A stretch of 64,000 bases of DNA. Source: Piromyces finnis finn (lineage: Eukaryota > Fungi > Neocallimastigomycota). The translations under genes and the position numbers were made by a program. The notes under the pieces are model-generated. The model saw only the letters and a program-made list of their open reading frames with translations. It was not told the DNA's origin and made no database searches. Shown here piece after piece: positions 1 to 13,941 of this stretch; the stretch's first letter is position 1; every line of letters starts with the position of its first letter. The DNA lies in NCBI GenBank assembly GCA_002104945.1, contig MCFH01000041.1:124001-188000 (forward strand). The letters are read 5' to 3'.

Positions 1-251
1 CTGGCGTTAAAACATCGTCTAAAGCTCCTAAAAGATCAAGTCCAGAGATACAGAAGAATAGAAAAGTCATTCTATAACATAATCATTTTTAGAGATGAAT
101 GAATTTAATATATAATTTAATTATTTATGCATATATTTTAATTAAGGTATATTTACCTATTAGTATCTGAACTGGTATATTGATATGGTAGCATTTTAAA
201 GCATCTTTCAAAATACTTTATATGCTTATGTTTTTCAAAAGTTTCAGACAT
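1..251 (-). CDS. CDC43: Geranylgeranyltransferase type I beta subunit, 5' part (exons 251-157 and 71-1; runs off the window)
   Basis: Reverse strand splices via a GT-AG intron (156-72) to MSETFEKHKHIKYFERCFKMLPYQYTSSDTNR/MTFLFFCISGLDLLGALDDVLTP. This matches the PGGT1B/Cdc43 N-terminal pattern (H..FF.RCL..LP..Y....R.T..FF..SGLD.L). Not in the ORF track. Confidence 0.88.
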
Positions 252-678
252 TTTTTAAAATTATTTAAATTTTACATTAATAATATATTTATTCTGTTTC
301 TTAACTTTTATTATTTAATAATAATAATAGAAATAAAATTTTTATATTATTATAATAGTCTTTAAATACATTTACTTTAATAATTATAAATAAAATTAAA
401 GTTTTATTTTATAAAGAAATAATTATCAAAAATTTAATTAAAAATTAATCCATTAAAAACAAAGTAAATAAATAAATGAATTAATAAAAGATTTTTATTA
501 ATTTTTTTTAAAATTTTTTTTACCAAAAGTCGGAGATAGTACTGTATAATATAAACATAAACATTAAATTTTTTCACATAAACTCATTAGTTAAGTTTTT
601 ATACATATATATATATAAAAGACATAACTATAATTAAGTGTAAATAAGTATAACATACCATAAAATAAAATTTAAAAA
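252..678. promoter_or_regulatory. Putative bidirectional promoter between CDC43 (-) and DNAAF1 (+)
   Basis: 427-bp AT-rich gap between two head-to-head start codons (251 and 679). No specific motif identified. Confidence 0.45.
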
Positions 679-1239
679 ATGAACAAATATTATTCCTCAA
701 CACCACATTTAAGGTAATATTAAATATAAATTTATATGTCATTCAAAACCATTAAAGTTAATGATGAAGTAAATAATTTTATTATTTTTTTTTTTAAAAG
801 AATAAGGAATTGTCGTGAGGTAGATAAGAAGGGTAATACTTTAATGACAGAAAAATACATTAAGCAGTTATGTCGTGAACAAAAATTATATGTTACTCCC
901 CAACTAAATGATAAAATCTACTTACATTATAAAGGTATATTTAAATAAGTTATTAACATTTTATTTAACATTATAAGATGTACAATATATAAATATTAAT
1001 ATGTTAATCGTAATAACAATTTGATATACCAAGGTTTTAGTAAAATTGAGAATTTAACTAATTATACTGGTTTAAAAAGTCTTTGGTTAGAAGGAAACGG
1101 AATTGATAAAATTGAAAATTTAGGTAATACCATATTAAATATTTATAATTAAAAACATATTTTATTTCTAATATATATATATCTTTATTTATTATTAATA
1201 TTAGATCATTTAAAGGAATTAAGATGTTTGTATGTATAA

Positions 1240-1274
<35 letters not shown>

Positions 1275-3962
1275 ATATATATAATATTAATTTAAATTTA
1301 AAATGAAAATATTAATAATATTATTATAATAATGAAAATATTGAAGGTTTCTTCATCAAAATTGTATTAGTGAAATTAAAAATTTAGAAGAATTGGAAAA
1401 CTTAGATACTCTAAATCTTAGTAATAATTTAATTAAAAAAATTGAGAATATAGCAAAATTAAAATTATTAAAAACCTTAGATATTTCAAATAATTTTTTA
1501 AGAAATTCTGAAGATATAAATCATTTAATTGAGTGTGAAAGTATATGGTAATAAAGATAGTATAATAAAATCAACTAAATATTACATTTATATATTTTTT
1601 TGAACGACTATTGAATTTGCTTTAATTTAGTATATTAGATCTTTCAAAAAATAAATTAGATGATCCAACTATTATTAATGTTTTAGAAAAGATGCCAAAT
1701 CTGGTAAATTAATGTTCAAAATTCAAGAAAATAATTTTTAGAAATTTTAATTTTTTAATAATTAATATATTTTTTTCTTGGTTAAATAAAAGGCTGTTCT
1801 AAATTTGATGAATAATCCAGTTATTAAAAAAATATCAAATTATAGAAAGACAATGATTTCTCGTTGCAAAAGTTTAACATATTTAGATGATCGACCAGTT
1901 ACAAAAAATGAAAGATTAGCTACTGAAGCTTGGTAAAACATAATAAATAATAATATCTATATTTTTTTGCTTCTTATTATTAATAATTAATAAATTTCTT
2001 TTCATGTAATATCTTAAGGGTTATTGGGGGCATTGCTGCTGAAAGAGCTGAAAGGCAAAGACAAAGAGACGAAGAACGTGAACGCCATAATAGAAATTTC
2101 CAAGGTATATTTTTAAAACCTAATAATTAATATTCAGACTAATTAAGAAATATATATTAATTTATTTATATTAATTTGTTTATTTTTTATTTAAACATTT
2201 TTAATAGCAATGATGAAACTTAAAGAAAGGGGAATGAAAATCAGAATGGAAAAATATGGTATAGATAAAGAACCTGAATTCCAACCAGAATTAAAGAGTA
2301 AACAAATATATATTATTTAACTATTATATATTATTTTAAATTTTCTATATTATATAAAATAACTAATGATAATGTAAATATATATATATACTTTTTTTTT
2401 TATCAAATTACCTGTATTAAGAAATGCGTGATGACATGCTTAGAAAAGTTAATATTCCTATTGATGAATCAAGCAATAATGAAGCTAATTCTGAACTTGA
2501 TAGCCCACCACTTCTTGAAGAAGCAATTAATGAAGTATCTAATATGGTAAAAGCAAATACTCAACTTTCTGAATCTAAAGCTCCAATTAGATCATACACA
2601 TTAATGTCAACTAAAGGTATAAAAATTGAGATTAATAGTGATTCCGAAAGTGAATCCGATTCAGAGATAGAACAAACAAAATTAGATTCTAATTACAAAA
2701 ATTCTCCTGAATCTGATAATGAATATAGTGACATATTTAATGTGTCGAAAGAAAAGAAAAATCTAATTGAAGAAATTGATAATAATAATGATAATATATT
2801 AACCCAAAATTACTCAATAATTCATAAAGTTGATAGTGAGAATGAAAAGTCTAAATGTAAAACCGATTTAGTTATTGAAGATATTGAATCCTCAGGATCA
2901 TCAGATGTTGAAGAGACAAAAGACAAACAACAATATAATAATACTAATTCATTATTTAACAAATTATCTATTATTAATAGCACATTTATTGAAGAAAAAA
3001 TAAAGGAAGGCAATAAACCATTAATTGAAGAAATTCACGATGAAAAAGAAAAAGAAAATGAAAGCGAAAAGGAAAATAATAAACTATTAATTGAAGAAAT
3101 CCACGATGAAAATGAAAAAGAGAATAATAAACCATTAATTGAAGAAATCCATGATGAAAATGAAAATGGAAATAATAAATCATTAATTGAAGAAATTCAT
3201 AACGAAAATGAAAAAGAGAATACTAAACCATTAATTGAAGAAATTCATGATGAAAATGAAAAAGAGAATAATAAACCATTAATTGAAGAAATTCATGATA
3301 AAAATGAAAATGAAAATAATAAACCATTAATTGAAGAAATTCATGATGAAAATGAAAAGGAAAATAATAAATTATTAATTGAAGAAATCCACAATGAAAA
3401 TGAAAATAATAAACCATTAATTGAAGATATTCATGATGAAAATGAAAATGAAAATAATAAACAATTGCTTAATGAAACTCAAATAAAATATAATAATTCC
3501 ATAATACAAGAAATAAAAAATGAAAGTAGTTTAGATATTGAATTAAATAAAGCAAACATTAAAGATATTGAAGTATTAGATTTAATTGAATATGATAAAG
3601 GAGAGGACAATAAGGTTCAACCTGAAAGTTTAGCTGATACTTTGATTAATAGGATGTCAACAGGAAAGACGATATTTGATATACTTGATAGCGAATTAGA
3701 GTCTTCATTTTTAAAAAGAAGTATTGATGAAAAAGATACAGATTCAGAGGACTCTGAGGCAGAATTAATTATTAATTATGAATCATACGAAACCAATAAT
3801 AAAAAGGAAAATAAATATGAAGAAAAACAAATTCCAATAAGTAAAATTTCATTTAAAGATACAAATAATAAAACTGATAAAGAATTTAATACATTATTTT
3901 CTAAAGATAATGAAATTGAGAGAGAAGATTCTGAAGCTGAAATAATTAATGAAGAAAATTGA
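679..3962 (+). CDS. DNAAF1: Dynein axonemal assembly factor 1 (LRRC50/ODA7): SDS22-like LRRs plus long acidic tail; 10 exons
   Basis: Spliced translation gives [38 protein letters not shown]...[18 protein letters not shown], further LRRs, [20 protein letters not shown] and [13 protein letters not shown], all typical of DNAAF1. Nine GT-AG introns keep frame into ORF 2424-3962. Confidence 0.92.
3015..3460 (+). repeat. In-frame coding tandem repeat, about 48-nt unit x9 (K[PLS]LIE[ED]IH[DN]ENE[KN]ENN)
   Basis: Nine copies counted in the translation; nucleotide unit approximately aaaccattaattgaagaaattcatgatgaaaatgaaaaagagaataat. Confidence 0.95.
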
Positions 3963-3990
3963 TTCATTTGCTTTTTTTTTTTTCTTTAAA

Positions 3991-4021
<31 letters not shown>

Positions 4022-4511
4022 TTTTGTGTATATGAAATAAAAAATATATATTAAGGATTAACTGAAATATAATGAAAATTTTTGTATATATATAAATAAA
4101 CATTAAAGAATAATTAAAAAATGCTTATTAGTTTGGTGTGAAAATTTAATAAGTTTTTTTTACTAATAAAATTATTTAATAATTAATTATTACCTAAGTT
4201 ATAATATTATTATATTATATGTTTCACATTATCAATAAAGGAAATAATAGATTTATAATATTTAAGAAATAATAATAAAAAAAAAAATAATAAAATATAA
4301 ATAGTAAAATTTAAAATAAAAATTTGTTTTTGAACTTATTATCAAAATATATAATATTTTAAAAATTTTTTTATCAAATATTTTGTTTTTATTTATTTAT
4401 TTTTAAAATTTTAATTTTATATATGAAAATCAAGTAATTAAAGATTTTTAAATAGTAAAACTTTTGAAATATAATTAAACAATAATATATAATTACTATT
4501 CAAACTAATCA

Positions 4512-7500
4512 ATGGGCATTATAAATAATAACAACAATAATGCGACAAATAATATAAATAATAATTCAACAAATTCTAAATATCAAAGTATATCATCTTC
4601 AAGGAGTTCTTCAGGATATCGTTCACCATTAAGAATGTCTAATTCTAATTCATATAATACATTTCATTATTCACCTTCTCCAAGAGATTATAGAGATCGT
4701 GATCATAGTGAACGTAGAGAGCTTTCAGATAAAGAACATGATAGAGAAAGAGATCGTGAATATGATAGAGATAGAGAGCGTGATCGAAATAGAGAACGCG
4801 ATAGAGAAAGAGACCGTCGCCAACATGGTAGAGATTGGGAAAGAGATTATAGGGATAGAGACAGAACAAGGGATAGAGATCATTATTTAAGAGATAGAGA
4901 AAGAGGACGAAGTGATAGTTATAGAGAAATGAATGATAGGTAAAACATTTATTTATTTAATTGTATTGTTATTTTTTTTTATTTATTTATAGATATTTTA
5001 TAATAATTTTAATGATTATTTTTGTTAAAAATATTAAAAATTTATTATTATTATTATTAAAATTACTTTTAAAATTTTGATTATAATGATGTATTTGCAA
5101 ATCTTTCTATAAATAATAAATGAATTTTTAATTGCAATAATTAATTTATTTGATTAATAATAGAGATAGAAGAGATAGAGATAGAGATAGAGAAAGAGGA
5201 AGAGAAAGATCACGAGAAAGAGATAGATATGGATACTCTTCTTATGTTCCCTCAAAATATTCAATGAGGAATACACAGTATGATTATTATAAGCGTGAAA
5301 GATATTATAACAACAACAACAATACATACCAGTATCGTGGACCATATAGAGCTCATCATTATTACAATAAAGATCATATAAATGGAAGTTCAAGTTGGAG
5401 TCCAACATCCTCAAGAGGTAATTTTAGAGAAAATTCCTCTTCAGTGTCACCACCAATGCAGGAAAATTCTTTATCGCCAAGTTCTCCATCACGTAATTCA
5501 ATTACACATGATTCCATTTCAAATAATAATTCTGAAAATGTAGGAAATGATAATTTAAAAGCAAAAGAGCATTATGATTATAATTATGATAAAGATAGAG
5601 ATAGGGATAAGGATAGAGATCGCATATATGATAGAGATCATTTATATGGTAGAGATCGTGATTATGACAGAGATCACGAGTATGATAGAGATCGCGATTA
5701 TTGTAGGGATCGTGAATATGGAAGAAGTAGAGAATATGATAGAGATAGGGTATATGATAGAGATCGTGACTATGATAGAGATCGTGATTATGATAGAGAT
5801 CGTGATTATGAAAGAGATCGCGATTACGATAGAAGTAGAGTATATGATAGAGACCGTAATTATAATAGAGATTATGACAGAGATTATGATAGAGATTATG
5901 ACAGAGATTATGATAGAGATTATGATAGAGACTATGATAGGGAATATGATAGAGATCGTGAAAAGGATAGAGATTATGAAAGAGTGAAAGAAAGAGATAA
6001 AGGAAGAGAAAGACAAAAAGAGCGGGATAGAGATAAAGATAAAGATAGAGATAGAGAATATAGTCGTGGTATTAAGAGTATATCGCCTACGTCAGGATCA
6101 ATGTCATACTCTTATAATAGATCGTCATCATATAATTCATTATCAAAATTAAATAATATAAAATCATCAAATAGTACAACCGAGAAGTATTCAAGCGTGA
6201 CTATACCATCGTCATCATTATCAATAACATCATTTAAGGCAGAATTAACTGGGACTAATATTAATATTATATCATCATCAGGTACAAAATCACCAGTTCC
6301 ACCACCTACTTCACCACCACATCCTCCATCATATAATATACCAGAGTCAAAAATTAAAGTTGAATCTAATAAAAGTCCTTCCGTAGGAAGGGATTCTATT
6401 AAAATTATTGAGCAAGATTCTCAAAAAGAAAAGGAGAATAGTAAAATAGGAATAAAGAGAGAAAAATTATTGTATGATATTGAGAATGAAGGTAGTAAGA
6501 AACTGGTTGATTATGAAATTCATTCAGAGGTAAATGATATTAATAATGATAATAATCATCAAGAAAAGAAAATAAAATTATCAAATGATATTTCTTCATT
6601 GAATGAAAGTAATTCAAGTTCAATAGTTAATAATAAATCTATTAAAGAAAAGTCAGCTGATATCAATAAAACTCCTATATCTATTTCATCAATACTACCA
6701 CCTCCACCATCTACTCAACCATTAATAATAAAGCCGTCAATTTCACAAATTTATAAAACGAATGATATAAATGATAAAAATTCAAATCAAACTATACTGA
6801 TATCTACTAAGAAAATTGATTCTAGAGAAAATGATGAGTATCCACCAGGATGTTCAGCCTCTTCGGGGAAATTATATTATAACAATGCTGCGCAAAGATC
6901 ACCAAATACTTCAACAAAGCCAGCTTCATCTGCACCACCACCGTTACCTTCATTAACTAATACGAATAATCAAACATCTTCATCATCTAGTACTAATGCT
7001 AATACATCTTCATTATATTCACAAAATTCTTCAACCCCAACAAGATCTGATTATCCAGTCAAATCAAATAATTATAATAGTAGAAATGATTATTATTCTT
7101 CAAGAAATTATGATTATTCATCTAGTAGTCGTTATTCTAGGGATTATCAATCGTCAAAATCAGAATATAATAGTGAACATCATAGTCATCACCATCATCA
7201 TTACTCAAAATCTGAGGATTATAGTCCAGTTCGGTCATCAATGGATTATTTATCAAGAAGTAATAATTCATTATCTGAGTATAATTCATCAAGACATAAC
7301 AATTCATCAAGACATTCACAGTCATCAAATAACAGTTCAAATTTAACTAGTAACATATCATCTCAACATACAAATAATATATCTAATGAATATTATTATC
7401 GTAATAATCCTAGTTCATCAAATACTACACATCAATCACCTTATCATGACTATTCTATACAGAATTCAAGACATTCTTCTATATCATCAAATAACTATCG

Positions 7501-8495
7501 TCAAAATCAAATTTCATCAAATCTTAACTCACCTCAAATATCAAATTTAAATAATAATCATCATAATTCATCAATAACATCTAATAGTGGTATATTTAAA
7601 ATGACAATATTTAAAAATATATAAATAATAGTTTAATTATAATATTAATTTAGATTAGTATTAATTTTTTTTTTCTTTCCATTTTTTTTTTTTTTTGTTA
7701 AAAAAAGAAACAATTCCACCAGGAACTGCACCAATAAAAACACATGATTCTTGGTCATCTCATTATAGTAAAGGAAATGGATCTTTCTCATATAATTCAA
7801 ACCAAGGTCATATTCATTCGAGATCTGATTCTAACGGAATAAATAATGGTTCGTTAAATAATGCTACTATTAATCCCTCTGGAAATTCTGTAGATGTAGG
7901 AAATAATCCAATCACAAGTTCAAATAATATAACTTCTTTAGGTATCAAAACTAGTTCCTCAAGTTCTCAAAGAAAGTATTATTCATCATATATAACATCG
8001 ACAACAACACCTACTTCCTCATCACCTTTATTATCTTCATCAAATATTAATACTGGAAATATTTCATCAAATTTAATATCAAATTCTGCACCATCTACGT
8101 TATATGATAATAGATCAGGCATATTACCTCCGTTACCTGTTGATTTATTTAAAGTTAATTGGTCTGAAAAAGAAGAAAGAGAAGTAAATAAAATATTAAT
8201 AAATATTAAAGCTAACAATAATGGTAATAATAGTTATTAATTATTTAATATTTATATTTTATAAATACATATATGTTTTCATTGAATTTTTTTTAAGAGC
8301 GAAAAAATAATGATTGATTATGCAAAACATCGACAAGAAGAATTAAAATTATTGCAGGAGAAACGTAGAACATTATATGAACAGGAAATTCTAGATTTAG
8401 AAGTAGAAAAGTTTGAAATTCAAAGAAATGCAATTTTAAAGCAATTAGAATACTTAGATCAAAGTATGGCGGGATTACAAAGTATGGCAGGATAA
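4512..8495 (+). CDS. Uncharacterised low-complexity protein: RD/RE/RDYD mixed-charge repeats, Ser/Pro/Asn-rich middle, C-terminal coiled coil; 4 exons
   Basis: Exons approximately 4512-4940, 5164-7589, 7710-8183 and 8299-8495 join in frame through GT-AG introns. Ends ...ERESEKIMIDYAKHRQEELKLLQEKRRTLYEQEILDLEVEKFEIQRNAILKQLEYLDQSMAGLQSMAG. Confidence 0.8.
5575..6060 (+). repeat. Coding repeat tract (DRDYD/RDYD; 12- and 18-nt units)
   Basis: Recurrent gatagagatcgtgattat and agagattatgat units encode RDRDYD and RDYD. Confidence 0.9.
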
Positions 8496-8741
8496 ACTTA
8501 CAAAAAAATTTTAAAAATTGATTTAAATTAATATATTTTTTTTTAATATTTCCACAATAATATTTAAGGATTAATTAATTAATATATAAATAAATAAATA
8601 AATAACTAACTAACTAAATAAATAACTAAATAAATAACAATTAAATAAATATTAATATATATCAATATTATTATAAAGATATTGAAGTAAAATAATTATA
8701 TTTTATTATTATTAAACACATTAAATATAAAAACTTTAATT

Positions 8742-11700
8742 TCATTTGCCTTTTATGTTGTGATATTCTGATTGAAATAATAATTTTATACTACGATGAA
8801 TAAAATCAGATTTAAAAAGTAAAATCTTATTCCATCTTAGTAATGATATACTGCTATTTGATGATGAAATATCTAAAGAATTTATATTTAATTTTTGATC
8901 TTGTATAATTTTTATAAAGTTCATCAATATATTTTTAACACATTCATCTAGTATTTCCTTAAAATTTTTATTATAACGGAAAAGTGATAGTATTCTAGTA
9001 TATATAAATATTAATAAATCTATATCATGTGATTGGGAATTTATAGTATTTAAAAGCCATACTTTGGTATATTCTTTTAAATCTTCAATTAGGTATCGAT
9101 CAGCACATTCAATAAGGCCTAAAATATAATTTGTAGCTTGAATATATGTATATTCTTTTTTTATTTTCAATTCAACATAGCTTTCGTTAAATTGCTTAAT
9201 TATATCTTCATTTTCGATTTCTGCTTCAAGTTCTTCTATATCAAATTTATTATCACTTATATCCATTTCGTTGTCAATGTTTCCCCTTATATTATTATTA
9301 CATATATTGTTTTTTTCTCTAATAATTTTTTCCTTTTTCTTTTTTTCTTTTAACTCTTGAATTTTTTTCCCTTTAATTTCATAATAAAACTCTAAGAAAT
9401 TTATTAAGTTTTGAAAGTCATCTGGATTGATATCTTGAATAGATATTTCGTCTTCATTTTTTTCTGAGAAATTACCAGTAAGCATTACTGAAAAAATTGG
9501 TGAATAAAATAATAAACAATCTTTTTTCGCAACAATTTTTTTATTGGCTTAAATAAAATTAAAAAAGTAAAAGTTAGTAAATAATTCAATTTCTAAGTTT
9601 TAAATATAAAATATATAGCTACTACCATTTTTTGTATTTTCATTTTTATAATTATTAAGCACAAATGTTACATATTCATCATCATTCTTATTAACTTTAT
9701 TATGTTTTTTTGAATAATTTATGCCGTTAATTAGATAATACATTGATTTTTTATCAACAAGTCTTTGTTTTACCCATTCTTTCTTTTTTAAAATACCTAA
9801 GTATTGTATTGCATAAGCAGCTTCTATCCAAACCCATGTAAAATGATTAAAAATATTATTATTTATATCATCATCAATTCCAAAATCATAATTAAACTCA
9901 TAGTCAATAAATATTGGCAGTGAACTTTCATTACTCTCATCATTATGCTTTATAATATTGTTTGAATCATTTATTTGGTTTTCATTTTGTAAAGGATATA
10001 GAGAATTTATTCTTTTGCTATCATCCTTTTCTATTTCAATTGAATAAAAATCTTCTTCAAATAACATTTTAATTATCATACAAATGACACAATCTGAAGA
10101 CTTTAGAAATTCATCTGTACCTTTAATTAACAATTCAATATCAATTTGATTAATTAAGACAGGATAATGCTTTTTTGGTGGACATGAATATATGATAGCA
10201 TTAGATAATTTTATATGATTAGCTGATTTTGTATTTTTATTTGTGATATTAAAAAAAAAAGATCGCTTTAGTATTGGTAATATCTGTTCGGAACATTTTT
10301 CATGAATAATGCTCATTATTTTAAAGAAATTTTTTTCTCTTTTAGCATCGTATAATTCTAATTCATTATTTTTTATATTTTGAGACATTTCACTATCAAT
10401 TGGTTCTTCTAGTTCATTTTTATATATATGCTTAAATCTATCATTAAAAGCATCTTTATCTGTTGAGTATAACAATGAGTAAACAATTCTAAAATAACCG
10501 TTTACCATTACAAAAACCTTTTGATGTATTAAGCTACATACTAATTTCCCTAAAATAAAGCATATGATAGTATTAGCATTATCTTCTGCTGTTGGAATGT
10601 ATATTTCAGTTGATTTTTTTTCATGTAATTCTTTGATTTTGTTTTCATTTGGGTTGTTAATAAAAGACCATAAAGTAATAATTTCTATTGCTTTAGGATA
10701 TGAAAGTACTTGGAAAAAAGTATTTGGTATAACTGATAAGTATTCCAAAAAGGCTAAGCTTTCTGCTTTTAATGAATAATCAGGATTCTCATCCGATATT
10801 ATATATAAAATCAATGGAACAATAGATATACTATAATTATTATCAAATTTGTATCTAATTCTATAAATTGATGGATGAATGAATTGAATTAAATCAAAAT
10901 CCTCAACTTTAATTTTTGTTAATAACTCTAGTGTCACTTTATCATATTTAAAATATTCATTCAATAGCTTTAGGCACTTATTACTAATATCCTTTAATAT
11001 TCTTTTTTTTAGAGCTATTGAATCATCTGATTTTAGTTTGGGTAATATAATTCCATCATATGTTCTTTTATACCCCGATATAAGAGTTTTATCAAATTCT
11101 TTTATATGATATACATAATAAATAAATAAATAAATATTTATTTATTTATTATTATTAGTTATATATTAATTATATGAAATTAAAGAAAAAATTTTTTTAA
11201 TTCTTTTACCTTTCGTAGTATAAACCTTTTGTCTATTTTCAATATTATTTAATAATTCATTATTTTTTTTTATTGATCCGCTAAATAAATAAAGTAGAAA
11301 CTGAGGAATTTCATAATCAGAATGTTGTCGAATTCGAGAATCACTGGCTAATGTTTTTAATAAAGTAAAGTAATGAGAATAGGATGAATATGAAATATCA
11401 TAATTTAATATTCTGTATAACTGATTAATACTAAAAAATTCTTTTAATATTCCACATTCAATTATTTCTTTTCTAATAACCTTGTCTTTTAATAAGTATT
11501 TAAAAAGTACTGTTGATCTTTCACTAATTTCATCATAAACTTGATTATATTTAATGATTATTTCCGGAAGTATCACAAAATTCTCTTTATAGAAATCTTT
11601 CCAATCTATTAGTTAATTTACAAATTTTAGTTATTAGTAATATACATAGTAACAAATTAATAATTATTTATATTATAAATTTTTTCAATATTTTTTACCA

Positions 11701-13604
11701 TAATCTTTTTTTTCTAGAAACTCTTCATCTTCTTCATTTATATATGTATTCATTATATTATTTATAATATCTCCATTTGAATTTTTATAATTTCCTTTCC
11801 ATATTTCATAGTAACATGAGAGATTCATTAAAATTCTATATAATTTTAATCTTTTATCAAGTGTTGTATTTTCAAGAATTGTTTTGTTATAAAATGATAA
11901 TAATTTTAGAATTTTTGGAAATGCTATATTTTTCAAATATATTTCATTATTATTAATATAGTCTTTATCATCATCATCTATACTATTTATTATATATTTA
12001 TCATTTATTTTGCACCCATTTCCATAAATTTTAAAGAAAATATCAATTAATATTGCTACTTCAGGTGTTCTTGTAGTTGATTCTAAATCAAATGGGGTTG
12101 GTGATGGTGCTTGTTTTCCAACTTGAAGATATATTAATAAACTAATAATATTATTAAGAGATGATGATCTTAGTAAAGTTCTTTTTATTATTTCATTCTT
12201 TGAATCAACATCGGAATATGCATCGATAAATATAGTTATCATTTCAGTTGATGAAATATAATTGTCAAATGCATGATAAGAATCGTTTTTTTGATGAGAT
12301 AATATTAAATTACACAGAGAAATTGATTTTCTGTATAAACTTAATATAAACCCGAGTTGTTTTGAATGATTCCTTACAAAATTATTAAGATTTTCTTGGT
12401 TTTCCATTCTTTGTCGTTCATATTCATCTTTGATATTATCATTATCATCTAGATAATATATAGCGTTTTCACTAATATCTGTTATTTGGTTAAAATTAAA
12501 CTTATCATCAATATCAACATTTGGTGTTGATGTATCATTTTTTTCTTTATTTTCAAGCTGACCAGTTTTAATTAAATTTACACAATACTTTATTGATGAT
12601 ATTAATGAATCAAATATCATAATTTGGGTATCTATATCTTCATACCATATAGGGATATAAGTTACTAAATCAAGATATCCATTTATAAATTGTAAAAAAT
12701 CTTCATTTATTCCATTTTTCCTAATTTCTTTTAACTCTAAAAATATTTTTAAAAAATTATCTTTATTTTTTTGAATTGATATTCTTGTATCTTTGAATTG
12801 TTTAAATATTTTAAGCAATAAAGTCATGGCTAGTAAAGCTACTTGTGTTGCTTTATCGCTTCTGTTATATAAATTATTATTTTCATTTATATTATCAATT
12901 TTTATATTTAAATCTTCTCCTTTTTTTGGAATGATTTCTTCTTCCCAATTTTTATTAATTGTAATTAAATGGATAAGTTTTGATGTTATTTTGTAATGAA
13001 TTAAACCTTTTTCTAATTTTACTAGATTAAATTGATTTAATGAGCGTAAAATATAAAATTGAATACTTTTAATTGGAACATTTAAACTTTTTAAAAGAAT
13101 GTATTCCCCTTTTAAAGAATGAACAAGTAATTCCTAAAATTTAAAATTTAATTGTTTAATGTTATTCATTTTATTTTATATTTTGTTATATAGACTAATT
13201 ATATCGAATTTTGAATTGATAAATGGAAAAAAATAAAATTATTAATTTTATTTTCTCTTAAAAAATTTCAACAAGAATTAACATTTAATATATTAAAAAT
13301 CAAAAAAGTTGATATTACTTACAATATTGACTGTATCATTTTTAAATTTAAAAGTTTTTAACTGTAAAAGTCTGGATAAAGATTGAATTGCTAATGATAT
13401 TTCAATTAAATGAGAATCTGGGTCGGAATTAATAATTTTTAATATTTCTTGTACTAATTTTTTTATAAATTTAATGGAGGAATCATTTTCATCATTTGAA
13501 GAATTATTAATAGTAATAATTTTTTTTATATATTTATTTAATTGAGGTATATTCTTTAATGTTAATATAATGTTTAAAAATCTTTGTTCTAATGAATTCA
13601 TCAT
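8742..13604 (-). CDS. Large helical/ARM-like protein with C-terminal BTB/POZ domain (about 1463 aa, 5 exons); possible Cullin-3 adaptor
   Basis: Exons 13604-13323, 13133-11699, 11605-11210, 11098-9626 and 9547-8742 are phase-consistent. BTB signature: YVTFVL...KKIVAKKDCLLFYSPIFSVMLTGNFSEKNEDEISIQDINPDDFQNLINFL, then ADRYLIEDLKE. The ARM call for the N-terminal part is inferred from Leu/Ile-rich helical composition only. Confidence 0.8.
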
Positions 13605-13685
13605 ATATTATAAAAAATATATGTTAAAATTTAATGTGTTAAAATTTTCTGAATTTTTATGAAGATGATTTATTAAAAATTAATT

Positions 13686-13941
<256 letters not shown>

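Noticed and set aside
3015-3460. CRISPR-like repeat/spacer reading of the 48-nt array
   Set aside because: Units are in-frame within a eukaryotic exon, spacers are not unique, and no cas genes are present.
4645-6016. Ile/Glu/Met-rich alternative-frame and antisense ORFs (4645-4869, 4699-4890, 5574-5987, 5642-6016)
   Set aside because: By-products of the RD-repeat coding sequence, which lacks stops in other frames.
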